From: a virus
Taxonomy: Duplodnaviria > Caudoviricetes
Length of the DNA stretch: 54,242 nt
IMG/VR virus record: IMGVR_UViG_3300046835_000018
Location: 1 to 54,242 of that record
Direction: 5' to 3' (one strand)
Shown here in pieces: positions 24,171 through 33,543 of the stretch (the stretch's first letter is position 1; the number at the start of each line of letters is the position of its first letter). The notes under the pieces were generated by a model. The model had not been told where the DNA came from. It did no database searches and saw nothing but the letters and a program-made list of their open reading frames with translations. Made by a program: the position numbers and the translations under genes.

Positions 24171-26551
24171 AGGCGCAGCATCTAGGTGCTGACTGTGACA
24201 ACTGCCCTCTTCGCAGCGCCGCGTACGTGCCTACCAAATACCCACAGGGGCAACCGCAATTGGGCGAAGGCGCCAAGAAGATAGCGGTCGTAGGTGAAGC
24301 GCCAGGGTTTTACGAGGCGACATTCGGTCAGCCGTTCACTGGTCCTAGTGGCAAGTTGCTCAACACCATCCTCCAGCACCATGGCATCGAGCGCAACGAG
24401 GTGCTCCTAACCAATGTCACCCTATGTCGTCCTACGGATAATGCAACGCCTAGTAAGGATGCGGTTGCTGCATGCTCGGGTCGCCTCGCTCGTGAGCTTG
24501 CCGAGTGGGGTGCTACAGATGTACTTGCACTTGGTGGGACCGCTGGGACTCTGCTCGTGGCGGATACAGGGACGATCACTACCTTACGGATCGGGCCGGC
24601 AAAGAGTCCATCCCGACTTCTCACCAACAACGGAGTTGCGAGTACTACACGAGTTGTTGCGTCATGGCACCCGGCGTACTGCCTCCGAAACGCAGATGCG
24701 TTTCCAGCTCTGGTCACGGACGTAGGCAAGCTGTTCGAGACAAACGCCAAGGCATGGAGAGAGCCCGAGTGGCATCTGGCTGACGAAGAGGAACCAGCTC
24801 TCGACTACATCAAGATGCTCCAAGGGCTTGACCAGCCGATCATGATCGACATCGAGACAGGTCTCGACAAGGACGTCGACTTCGACCATCCGAACAACTA
24901 CGACATCCTGTGCGTCGGTATCGCATATGGACCTGACAGCGTTATCGTGATCGGCGAAGAGGCTCTCAAGTTCGACAGCGTGAGAGCCTCACTCAAGAAG
25001 TTGCTTCAGACCAAGAAGCTGATCGCTCAGAACGGTAAGTACGACCTCTCCGGCTTGTTCCCTTTGTTCGGCGCGCTCGAGCTTTGGTTCGACACGATGC
25101 TCGCCCACTACGCATTGGACGAACGACCTGGAGGTCATGGCCTAGACGTCATGGCGATCGAGCTTCTCGGATCACCTGACTGGAAAGCCGAGATCAAGAA
25201 GTACGTCCCGAGGCGTGGTAACTACGCAAACATTCCTCGACCGATCCTGTACAAGTACAATGCCCTCGACTGCGCTAACACGTGGCGACTGTACGAGGTC
25301 TTCGATGAGCAGCTCGAACGAACAGGCATGCGCCATGTTCACGACTTCCTCGTCAAGGCAGCTAACCAGCTCATGTTCCTCGAGCTGAATGGTATTGCAC
25401 TGGACAAGGACTACAGCAACCAGCTCATGAACGAGTACATCGAACGGCTTGATGTCATCGAGCAGGAGCTGGACGACATCGTCAGAGCGTCGACAGGTCA
25501 CCTCGAAGATGGACCGCTGCTCGGTATCAACCCTCGTTCACCGATGCAGGTGAAGAAGTACCTCGAGTCGCAGGGGGTCAAAGTTGCATCTACGAACGAA
25601 GCAACACTCACAGCGGTGCTCCCTCGACTGCGTGAGGGGAGTTCCCGACGAAGCTTTGTCGAGACTCTTCTCAGATACCGACGACAGCATAAGCTCTACA
25701 GTACATACATTGTTGGAATCCGCAAACGGGCTTACCGGGGACGTGTTTACACAACTTACATGCTCCATGGTACGACGAGCGGACGGCTGGCATCTCGAAA
25801 CCCGAATCTCCAGAACATTGTCCGTGATAAGGAGATCCGACGGCAGTTTAGTGTCAGTCGACCTGGTAACGTACTGATCCAGGCTGACTACAAGCAAGCC
25901 GAAGCACGTGTCATGACCTTCCTCGCTCAGGATGAGTATCTGCGAGAGATCCTGTCACGTGACGAAGAAGGGTATGACTTCTTCAACGAACTCTCAGATC
26001 AGCTGTACGGAGCTGGCAAGTGGGGTAAGGAACAACGAATCAGGACGAAGGCGTTCTTCTACGGCATCGGCTACGGTCGTGAGGCGTTCTCGATCGGCAA
26101 GGAGTACGGACTCACACCTGTCGAAGCTCAGAAGGCCTACGACGACTTCACCAACCTGATCCCAGGCATCGTCGCTTGGCAGGAGAGCATCAAGCGAACT
26201 GTCCTGTCAGGCAGGCCACTCCAGACGCCCTTCGGACGTCGTCGACACTTCTTCCTCATCACCGACCAGAACAAGAAGGATGTTCTCAATGAAGCCCTGT
26301 CCTACCTGCCACAATCTACTGCATCAGATATTTGCCTCAGCGCCCTTATACGAGTGCGTCCACTGCTTCGTGGTCTGGGTTTTCTCCGGCTCACGATTCA
26401 CGACGCCCTTGTTGCCGAGTGTGCCGAGGAAAAACAAGAGGAGGTCAGTAACCTACTCCGTGAAGTCATGGCCGACGAGGGACGTAAGTTCACAGGATAC
26501 CTCCCTTTCCCAGTCGACATTAGCGTCGGCAAATCCTGGGGCGAGCTCTGA
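24167..26551 (+). CDS. polA: Family A DNA polymerase with N-terminal uracil-DNA-glycosylase-like domain and 3'-5' exonuclease
   Basis: CDNC..GEAPG..GPSG..TN..LCRP..HPAY (family 4 UDG-like); DIET, YNALD; SGRLAS..NLQN, ADYKQAEAR, K..F.GI.YG, TIHD. Confidence 0.93.
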   Translation: MKAQHLGADCDNCPLRSAAYVPTKYPQGQPQLGEGAKKIAVVGEAPGFYEATFGQPFTGPSGKLLNTILQHHGIERNEVLLTNVTLCRPTDNATPSKDAVAACSGRLARELAEWGATDVLALGGTAGTLLVADTGTITTLRIGPAKSPSRLLTNNGVASTTRVVASWHPAYCLRNADAFPALVTDVGKLFETNAKAWREPEWHLADEEEPALDYIKMLQGLDQPIMIDIETGLDKDVDFDHPNNYDILCVGIAYGPDSVIVIGEEALKFDSVRASLKKLLQTKKLIAQNGKYDLSGLFPLFGALELWFDTMLAHYALDERPGGHGLDVMAIELLGSPDWKAEIKKYVPRRGNYANIPRPILYKYNALDCANTWRLYEVFDEQLERTGMRHVHDFLVKAANQLMFLELNGIALDKDYSNQLMNEYIERLDVIEQELDDIVRASTGHLEDGPLLGINPRSPMQVKKYLESQGVKVASTNEATLTAVLPRLREGSSRRSFVETLLRYRRQHKLYSTYIVGIRKRAYRGRVYTTYMLHGTTSGRLASRNPNLQNIVRDKEIRRQFSVSRPGNVLIQADYKQAEARVMTFLAQDEYLREILSRDEEGYDFFNELSDQLYGAGKWGKEQRIRTKAFFYGIGYGREAFSIGKEYGLTPVEAQKAYDDFTNLIPGIVAWQESIKRTVLSGRPLQTPFGRRRHFFLITDQNKKDVLNEALSYLPQSTASDICLSALIRVRPLLRGLGFLRLTIHDALVAECAEEKQEEVSNLLREVMADEGRKFTGYLPFPVDISVGKSWGEL

Positions 26552-26700
26552 TGAGGCTCCTGCTATGGCTAGCGCATAAGTTCGTAGACTTCCTCATCTG
26601 GATTGTCAGTCACGCAGACAAGTGCATACACGGCAAGCCGATGTGTGATGCATGCAAACGCGAATGGCACAAGACCCGTCACTCGGCAGGAGGCTGGTAA
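26551..26700 (+). CDS. Small Cys/His peptide
   Basis: Hand-translated 49 aa, CIHG..CDAC. Confidence 0.45.
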   Translation: MRLLLWLAHKFVDFLIWIVSHADKCIHGKPMCDACKREWHKTRHSAGGW

Positions 26701-27036
26701 GTGAGAGGAACTGAATCTGAGATCGGCACGGAGCGTGTATCTGCGAATGGATACCGCTACCGGAAGATCTCCAACGGCAAGTGGATACTCGTTCACCGTC
26801 TCATGGCTGAAGAGATGCTTGAACGAGAACTCCACGAGAGTGAGTACGCATCCTTCAAGGATGGCGATCGGACCAACTTCGATCCTTCGAACATCGTCGT
26901 GCTCACCCGAGGTGCTCGGTCGCTCAAGAAGCGTCAGGCACAACTCACAGTACGTATCCAAGAGCTTCAGGCTGCCCTCGCCGACGTCAACAGCCGACTA
27001 GAGGTCAGAGAGTCTCTCGGTAGTGATGTAGAATAG
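26701..27036 (+). CDS. HNH-like protein with degenerate active site and C-terminal coiled coil
   Basis: NGY..HRL.AE..L.R.L..E.ASFKDGDRTN..PSN; the expected VHH is replaced by ASF. Confidence 0.7.
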   Translation: MRGTESEIGTERVSANGYRYRKISNGKWILVHRLMAEEMLERELHESEYASFKDGDRTNFDPSNIVVLTRGARSLKKRQAQLTVRIQELQAALADVNSRLEVRESLGSDVE

Positions 27037-27126
27037 ACGTTCTACAGACCTAGTTAGACTCTTTGTAGACTAAGTGAATCTATAGCCTCACTAGATGGAG
27101 CTGCAGAATCGTCTCTTTGCGGTCTA
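27034..27126 (-). repeat. 93-bp phased AGAC/GTCT element, copy 2 (inverted)
   Basis: Reverse complement reads TAGAC-N6-GAGAC-N40-GTCT-N7-GTCT-N6-GTCT-N7-GTCTA. Confidence 0.85.
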
Positions 27127-27191
27127 ACGCGTTCGTAGTTGTCACTCACCCACAGGGCCGATGAGCCGCTATTGGGAATGGAGGAACTAAG

Positions 27192-27686
27192 ATGTTCGTT
27201 GTGACTGGTGGTAGAGCGTCTGGGAAGACCTCTGCCATCGTTAGATGGTTGCTAGAGAATCCTATGGGACGGGGTGTGGTGGTGCTCAATGAGCAGCGCC
27301 GGACTCACCTACTGCGCATGCTGCAAGATCGTCTGCCTCGGCATGACTGGAGGCCTCACGTCATCTCGATCGCAGGCATTGACCTTCGTGGCCTGCCTCG
27401 ACGCGGACGACTGTTCGGGTTCCACGAGATGGCGGTCGACGACCTGCAGGAAGTCTTCACCGAGATGTTCGGCAGCGACTTGGAGTTCGCAACGCTGAAC
27501 GCTACGTGGCTACCTCTCGGAGGTGAGGAGCCGGTCAAGGCTGAAGCCGAGTACTACCCAACGGCCCTCGAGCTGATTGACCGGGAGCTCAACGAAAACC
27601 CTCCGACGTCCAAGAAGAAGGTTGCACCTTCACCGATGCTCGCTGTTCGCAGAAGAGCGATCACGGGGACGGTCGATGAAGCCTAA
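27192..27686 (+). CDS. Small P-loop NTPase
   Basis: GGRASGKT Walker A, MAVDD Walker B. Confidence 0.7.
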   Translation: MFVVTGGRASGKTSAIVRWLLENPMGRGVVVLNEQRRTHLLRMLQDRLPRHDWRPHVISIAGIDLRGLPRRGRLFGFHEMAVDDLQEVFTEMFGSDLEFATLNATWLPLGGEEPVKAEAEYYPTALELIDRELNENPPTSKKKVAPSPMLAVRRRAITGTVDEA

Positions 27687-28188
27687 GGTCATCATCGCCA
27701 TCGACCCCGGAGGTACTACTGGCATTGCCTGGTGCACCTTAGGGCCTGATGGTCCTATCTGGGGTCGCGAAGAGATCGGCCCTTGCACCGACGATGCTGA
27801 GCTGGCTCTAGTGCTGCGGTACATCACCGACGTCACAAGGTACGCTGAGCCCTTCAACAACAGGCCTGACCAGGTCGTTGTGATCTGTGAGCGTTTCGAG
27901 TTCAGGCTCGACGAACGCTCTCGAACCAAGATCGACTACACCGCCGCTGAGGTTATCGGCGCCTTAAGGATATGGGCGCACGAAAGGCCTTACGTCAGAT
28001 TGGTTATGACAGGTGCAGGCCTCGGAAAGGGCTTCTGGTCTGACGACAAGATCAAGACTCTCGGCCTGTGGGTGCCTGGCCAGCGGCACGCCACTGACGC
28101 ACTTCGGCACCTGCTCCGCTACCGATTGTTCGCAATGAACCACACCGAGCTGCTTCAGCCATTCAAGCCTGAGCCGTCTTCCGAGTAG
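27676..28188 (+). CDS. RuvC-like Holliday junction resolvase
   Basis: IAIDPGGTTG, VICE.F, H..DA.RH. Confidence 0.8.
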   Translation: MKPKVIIAIDPGGTTGIAWCTLGPDGPIWGREEIGPCTDDAELALVLRYITDVTRYAEPFNNRPDQVVVICERFEFRLDERSRTKIDYTAAEVIGALRIWAHERPYVRLVMTGAGLGKGFWSDDKIKTLGLWVPGQRHATDALRHLLRYRLFAMNHTELLQPFKPEPSSE

Positions 28189-28192
28189 AGCA

Positions 28193-28236
28193 CTAGCCCG
28201 GCATCGCAGGGGAGGGTATCCTGGATGCCGGGCTAG
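28193..28236. terminator. Hairpin at the convergence of the two transcription arms
   Basis: CTAGCCCGGCATC/GATGCCGGGCTAG 13-bp stem. Confidence 0.7.
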
Positions 28237-28244
28237 CGGTCTCT

Positions 28245-28598
28245 TTAGCAGAAATTCCCTGGTACAGGCAGGGGATTCTGCGAGCGCTCGAGATCTGTCC
28301 GTGTGCGTGTAGCTACGTACTCCTGCAGCGCCTTCAGTGTTTCAGCGCCTGTGGTCGAGCTGAGAATGGATGTGACCATGTCGTCGGTGGCTTTCCTGTC
28401 GTCAAAGCTCGCACGGTCACGGGCTCTAAGAGCAGCAGCACTCGCCTCACTGTACGCCGCCTGGCAGCGGTAGAGTCGAGTGACTTGGTACGATGCAACG
28501 AAACTCAGGATGATCGACAGTACCACCAAAAGGCGTAGGACTGTTTCACCCATCTTACTGACAAGGAAGTCTTGTGCCTTTCGTAGTAGCTGACCCAT
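28245..28598 (-). CDS. Membrane protein (lysis-associated)
   Basis: N-terminal TM helix, C-terminal P.P...C. Confidence 0.65.
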   Translation of the reverse strand: MGQLLRKAQDFLVSKMGETVLRLLVVLSIILSFVASYQVTRLYRCQAAYSEASAAALRARDRASFDDRKATDDMVTSILSSTTGAETLKALQEYVATRTRTDLERSQNPLPVPGNFC

Positions 28599-28601
28599 TC
28601 G

Positions 28602-28697
28602 TTATCGCCTTCTCGTTACCCTCACTGCTACTCCTATGAACAGACCAACGATGTGCAGGACCATCATGATGACCAGAACTCTTTGCCAGTACGTCAT
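28602..28697 (-). CDS. 31-aa membrane peptide
   Basis: ATGA coupling to the upstream gene; single TM. Confidence 0.45.
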   Translation of the reverse strand: MTYWQRVLVIMMVLHIVGLFIGVAVRVTRRR

Positions 28698-28891
28698 TGT
28701 GGTGGTGGCTCCTGCTTCTTGGTTGGGAATGGTGGGTTGAGCGCCAGCCATACCATTCCAGGTACTCCCCAGATTGCAGGATCGGGAATAGCCTCGCCGG
28801 CGAAGATCCACTTGCCGACTCCCACCAACATATAGATGGTCCAGACAATTGTAACTGCTGCCATGACGGCGCTTTTGATCCATCGATCCAC
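28694..28891 (-). CDS. Two-TM membrane protein (holin-like)
   Basis: Two hydrophobic helices, charged tail, GAGGGG RBS. Confidence 0.55.
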   Translation of the reverse strand: MDRWIKSAVMAAVTIVWTIYMLVGVGKWIFAGEAIPDPAIWGVPGMVWLALNPPFPTKKQEPPPQ

Positions 28892-28909
28892 GCCGTCGCC
28901 TACCCCTCA

Positions 28910-29650
28910 CTAGAACGGTTCAACCAGGATAAGCCTGTCTGCGTAGTTGCCTGTCACACCAGTAGGGCTGGCACGATACATCATCTTGAACGTGTTAAGC
29001 CCTGGGTTGAGAACCGGCAGGCCTGCAATAGCCGGATCGAAGATGTGTGTGTACGAAGCCCTGAAGACACGGTGGTACAAAGTGCCACCAATGCTTGGAC
29101 TGATCTCTAGCAGGTCACCCAACGACCAGTCACCATTGCCTGCAAAGGTGGTTGCTCCTGAACACTCGAAGCTGATGCCGCAGTTGGATGATACAAGAGG
29201 GTTGGCAAAGGAGTGCTCGAGCGCTGCACCAATAGTTACCTTACATCGACGCGATTCTCCTACCAGTGCCGTTACCGTAGGACCAGCTGTTCCAGTAGTC
29301 GGATCAGTATAGCCCATACCAGTAAGCCCAGTTATCGTAGCTGCGCCTGTATCGAAAGAGCCCCCTTGCCCAAAGGCTAGGGCCGCCAAGCGTACCTCTT
29401 CACCAGAGGAAGTCTCGACAGCTGCGATGTCGTACGAGCCGTCATCGAGCAAGCCAATGCGAATGGTTTCGTTGCCATCAGCATCGACAATGACGATGCG
29501 ACCTTCCCTGATTGTCAGCGTGCCTCGGTCGATCGTTGAGCTGCCGAGTCGAGTCGTTGACTCCATCACACCGAGTCTTCGTTCGAGCTCAGCTACACGT
29601 GCGATGATATCTGTGTCGTCGCTACGATAGCGACCACGTGTACTAGACAT
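28910..29650 (-). CDS. Minor tail protein
   Basis: IARVAELERRL coiled coil followed by a beta-rich domain; position after the Gp37-like gene. Confidence 0.7.
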   Translation of the reverse strand: MSSTRGRYRSDDTDIIARVAELERRLGVMESTTRLGSSTIDRGTLTIREGRIVIVDADGNETIRIGLLDDGSYDIAAVETSSGEEVRLAALAFGQGGSFDTGAATITGLTGMGYTDPTTGTAGPTVTALVGESRRCKVTIGAALEHSFANPLVSSNCGISFECSGATTFAGNGDWSLGDLLEISPSIGGTLYHRVFRASYTHIFDPAIAGLPVLNPGLNTFKMMYRASPTGVTGNYADRLILVEPF

Positions 29651-30728
29651 CCGGATCTCCCTCGAATACCAAGCTTGCCTCTTCAGCATTCTCGGAGCTC
29701 TGCGGTGTAAGCTCCCACTTCAGTAGCCTCTTGCGAAGGAAGATACCATTTGGGAACCTAGGATCCTGAATAGAGATACCGCAAGTATCTCCCAGGCCGT
29801 AGCTGCCAAAGACTGGCTCGAGGTTCGACTTGACTTGAAGCTTGATGACAGGCATCGGAGGTCGGCGCTTTACAGCCTCGAGCGCGGCGACGCTATCAAT
29901 GATGGTCTGGTCGTGGATGTCTTTGCGACTGATGTGAACATCCCATCGAGCAAAGCCCAGAGCCAGTAGGTCATCGTTGTTGGACTCACCATAGATCATG
30001 GTAGAGCCCTCGCCCTCACCAAGGACAGAGACGTGAGTGCCTGCATCACTCATCGCTTCGGTGAAGTAGTACTGAGTGATGTTCCCGGGGAACTCAAAGA
30101 CCGTCATACCTTGGAAAGGGTTTGTGCCTAGGTATGGGTAGCCGATGAGCAACTCCTTGTGATAGAAGTTGCCGTCCTTGGTAACGTTGATATACCAGTC
30201 AAAGCCATCTTCCGTGTTGGCTAGCTGACTGATTGCTTCCCAGTAGAACTTCCTGTCCGTAGCTAAGGCACTGAAGTCCTTCAAGACTGCATCAGAGTAT
30301 GCAGCCGGCACGACGATGTTCAGGTCGCTACCTGCGTCGTCCTGAAGCTGAGTCCACAGCCCGCGCATGATGTTGCGTTGCTCAGTAGCGACGTAGGTAG
30401 TGTCTTGAAGGATGCGGCGCTTCTCGATGTAGTGCTCGAACGACAAACCGAATAGCTGCACGGTCTTGGACTGAGCTGAGTACACTCGGCTCCAGATGTA
30501 TCCATGCCAGATACATTGACCGTTACGTTCGACAGCTACCCACGTCCGACCAGGCTCAGTCGCATCGAGAAGCGCCGAGTTATCCTTGCCGTCCTGGTCA
30601 AGCTGGAAGGTGCCTTGGAACTGACCTCCGACATTCAACTCCATGTTCATATACACACCGAAGATGGGAATCTCTTCAACCACCTGCTCGCTGCGTAGAG
30701 TCCCAAAGATGTATCGGAAGTCAGTCAT
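29643..30728 (-). CDS. Minor tail / baseplate hub protein (Gp37-like)
   Basis: VERNG.CIW.G, DGFDW, FEFPGNI, YGLGD motifs typical of actinophage minor tail proteins. Confidence 0.8.
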   Translation of the reverse strand: MTDFRYIFGTLRSEQVVEEIPIFGVYMNMELNVGGQFQGTFQLDQDGKDNSALLDATEPGRTWVAVERNGQCIWHGYIWSRVYSAQSKTVQLFGLSFEHYIEKRRILQDTTYVATEQRNIMRGLWTQLQDDAGSDLNIVVPAAYSDAVLKDFSALATDRKFYWEAISQLANTEDGFDWYINVTKDGNFYHKELLIGYPYLGTNPFQGMTVFEFPGNITQYYFTEAMSDAGTHVSVLGEGEGSTMIYGESNNDDLLALGFARWDVHISRKDIHDQTIIDSVAALEAVKRRPPMPVIKLQVKSNLEPVFGSYGLGDTCGISIQDPRFPNGIFLRKRLLKWELTPQSSENAEEASLVFEGDPDV

Positions 30729-31540
30729 TAGACAGGCTTTCCAGTTCCCTTGAGCTCGATGCTCAGGTTGGCGACGCCGCCTGTACCAACGGCAGCCAGG
30801 TCGACCCCGCAGATGCGAGTTCCGACGTTGAAGCTCTTGAGGTTGCTGCCTTCCTTGATCTGCTTGTCAGGCATGCCGTAGAACGAGCGGTCCTTCAGGA
30901 ACTGCTGCTCGCCGCCAGGGTAGTCCTTAGGCACCCGGAAGAAGCCTGTCCAGTCGTTGTTGATCGCGATCATCTGACCAGTCTCGTCACGCGCGATGAA
31001 AGCCATGTCCTCACCCTCCTCAGTACTACTGTTCCAGTCCTCCCAAGACTGTCCCGAGAGAACAGATGCGATTGCCTTCTGCGCATCCATATCGTCGGCG
31101 TACTCGGTGAACTCCGAGATGTGATCGTGCCAGAGGTGACTATCGTCCGACGTCACCCATACCCAGTCACCTGTACCGGTCTGACTGAGGCCAGTAACGT
31201 TGTTCAGGTCGACTGTTCCGTAGAACTCTCGTACTCCGTAGAGACGATTGTCCTCCGGGTGCTGTGCTGACGCAATCAGGTACCCTGTACGAAGCACCAT
31301 CTGATTGTCGTCCATGGTAAGATCGATGGCCCGAGCCTTGTTGTCAGGCATCGTTAGATCCAGCGGAAGCCGAATCGAGTAGTCGCCAGGCCAACCCTTT
31401 TTGTTCGAGTTGACTGAGTTGTGGTATCCCGACTTGTTCGCGTAGATACCACCGAGGCGGACACCTGGGATGAATGTCGTACACTCTTCCCAAAGCCACC
31501 ACATCGCATCTGTAATATGAGACGGATCGGGATTCGTCAT
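30728..31540 (-). CDS. Endolysin (Zn-peptidase-like)
   Basis: GYH, ARAID, SHLWHDHIS metal-binding pattern typical of actinophage lysins. Confidence 0.75.
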   Translation of the reverse strand: MTNPDPSHITDAMWWLWEECTTFIPGVRLGGIYANKSGYHNSVNSNKKGWPGDYSIRLPLDLTMPDNKARAIDLTMDDNQMVLRTGYLIASAQHPEDNRLYGVREFYGTVDLNNVTGLSQTGTGDWVWVTSDDSHLWHDHISEFTEYADDMDAQKAIASVLSGQSWEDWNSSTEEGEDMAFIARDETGQMIAINNDWTGFFRVPKDYPGGEQQFLKDRSFYGMPDKQIKEGSNLKSFNVGTRICGVDLAAVGTGGVANLSIELKGTGKPV

Positions 31541-31707
31541 TCCAACCCCTCCGGACTCACACCCTCGTTACGAAGCTGATCGAACTGCTCGTGCGTGAGC
31601 TCGAAGATTGTTTCATCCTCGCGCTTCACCAACCAGTGCTCACCCTCGCGTTTGACGAAGTAGTTCTTCTCAGCGTCAAACAGGTGCCAATCATGATCCG
31701 TAGGCAT
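31537..31707 (-). CDS. 56-aa hypothetical protein
   Basis: Hand-translated MPTDHDWHLF...; GGAGG RBS; coupled to the lysin. Confidence 0.55.
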   Translation of the reverse strand: MPTDHDWHLFDAEKNYFVKREGEHWLVKREDETIFELTHEQFDQLRNEGVSPEGLE

Positions 31708-31718
31708 CTCTGCCCTCC

Positions 31719-32450
31719 CTACTTCGCCCTAGTAACCGAGCACGGCGAGTAAGCGACGTGAGGGATTCGCCAATCACCAACCATGCCACACAAAGGTTGA
31801 GCCACATCCGGAAGACCGAACTTGGCACGGATACGGTTGTAGATCAGGATTGCCTTCACGTCGTACCCAGCCGGCGACGGATGAATACCGTCTTCGCTGA
31901 GGTACCACTCAGGAATCTGCTGGTAGTCAACAGGAGGCCATATGACTCGAGGACCCTTAGCAGAGTTCATGGTCACGCGGTAGATGGAGTCGTTCACTAG
32001 CGACTCCGCATTCTGAAAGCCTGTGCCGCCGAATCGGTAAGAGGTGTACTGAATCCAGCCCGGAAGAATTACTGCTTGAGGTGCTTGAGCTAGCAACGCA
32101 TCTAGCAGTGAATTGTACGGTCCATCAATCGTAGGAACGAACGCATCATTCGTTCCACAGTCGATGATGACCAGCTCAGTGTTAGTCGGAACCTGTGGCA
32201 CCAGCGACTGAAGCATCCCGCAGCTCCAACCACCATGAGCAACCGTCGTGAGGCGCGATGTTACACCTGCTTGGGCCAGCAGTGCTTCGAGCTGCGGAGC
32301 GTATGACGGCCCGAGAGAGATCGAGTCGCCGAACATGACGACATCGAATTCTCCATCAATGCGAGCTTGGGAGCCGAAGGCTGTCTGCGAGAACGTTACG
32401 CTCGCAACAACTAGTATTGCAACTGCAAGTGCTTCCAGTACCTTTCTCAT
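31719..32450 (-). CDS. Secreted SGNH/GDSL hydrolase
   Basis: Signal peptide; FGDSIS, G, GTND, DGIHP blocks. Confidence 0.88.
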   Translation of the reverse strand: MRKVLEALAVAILVVASVTFSQTAFGSQARIDGEFDVVMFGDSISLGPSYAPQLEALLAQAGVTSRLTTVAHGGWSCGMLQSLVPQVPTNTELVIIDCGTNDAFVPTIDGPYNSLLDALLAQAPQAVILPGWIQYTSYRFGGTGFQNAESLVNDSIYRVTMNSAKGPRVIWPPVDYQQIPEWYLSEDGIHPSPAGYDVKAILIYNRIRAKFGLPDVAQPLCGMVGDWRIPHVAYSPCSVTRAK

Positions 32451-32468
32451 TTACCCTCCTAGTATTCA

Positions 32469-33539
32469 TTACGCAGCTTCGTACACAATAGAGCAGAGGA
32501 TCGTATCGTTGACGGCCCAAGCCGTACCCGGACCAGCCGCTCCAATAGTAGTACCACTGGACAGGAACACGACCACGTGAGTCGCATCGGCATCGAAGGT
32601 GCAGGCGCCCGTTATCAATGCTGTACCTGAGTCGTTAACGAAGACCTTGCCTACGGCAACTCGACTGCTCTCACAAGCAACCGGAACCAGGAAGCTGTAC
32701 GAGCCTGTTCCGGCAACGAAGGTAGACCCAATCGTCACCTTGAAGTTATACAGAACGTCCTTACCGTTCTGCTTGTACTTTGCGACGTAGGTCGAGTTGC
32801 CCTTAGTAGGGTTGACACTGCTTGCTGTGACAGTGAACGTGGAGGAGTAGTCTGTCCAGGCTGTGGCGCGCTGAGCAATGACGCCCCAGTCGGTACCGTT
32901 GTACACCTCCATCGCCTTTGTGTCACGTCGCCAGCAGCACATGCCGTCGTACAAGCCAAGCAGCAAGTCACGCTCAGCCTGATTGGCAACCGAGATCAGT
33001 CCGCCAGTACCAGCCAGGTAGACTCGCATGTCAGTGATCTCGCCGTTGGTGATCGACGTATCGTTAGCAACAATCGACACCTGGGCAAGCTCGATGCAGT
33101 TCGCAGGAAGCGTAGGAGCGGCCGGCGACGATGCCGGAGTGCCTGCAACGACTACCAGGCTGCTCGTGTTCGCTACACCTGAGTAGGCGCTGTCCTCGAC
33201 CTTGAAGACAATCCTGTCGATCCGATGCAGCGTGGCATGTGAGGCACCGATGCTCAACGTGACATCAGCATCATTGAGGCACATGTACACGCCTTGCTTG
33301 GTTCCCTCCGTACCCATGATAGCTGCATGTCCTGACTTGACGATAACGCTCATGCCGGGAGAAGCGGACTGGGTTACCTGCAGCTTGTTACCAAGGCTCG
33401 GATTGATTCCACCTCGAGCGATGAGGCTTGTAGACGCCTTAGCTCCTGCCAGGAGGATACCACTCCAGTTGCGGAACTGTTCAGCAGTATGCGTAGCTCC
33501 AGCATTCTGAAGGAACCCTGGAGGGTTAAGAACCGTCAT
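32469..33539 (-). CDS. Minor tail protein / receptor-binding candidate
   Basis: RIDRIV, P.APTLP, ITDMR, ERD..L..G motifs; position after Dit. Confidence 0.8.
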   Translation of the reverse strand: MTVLNPPGFLQNAGATHTAEQFRNWSGILLAGAKASTSLIARGGINPSLGNKLQVTQSASPGMSVIVKSGHAAIMGTEGTKQGVYMCLNDADVTLSIGASHATLHRIDRIVFKVEDSAYSGVANTSSLVVVAGTPASSPAAPTLPANCIELAQVSIVANDTSITNGEITDMRVYLAGTGGLISVANQAERDLLLGLYDGMCCWRRDTKAMEVYNGTDWGVIAQRATAWTDYSSTFTVTASSVNPTKGNSTYVAKYKQNGKDVLYNFKVTIGSTFVAGTGSYSFLVPVACESSRVAVGKVFVNDSGTALITGACTFDADATHVVVFLSSGTTIGAAGPGTAWAVNDTILCSIVYEAA

Positions 33540-33543
33540 TACG

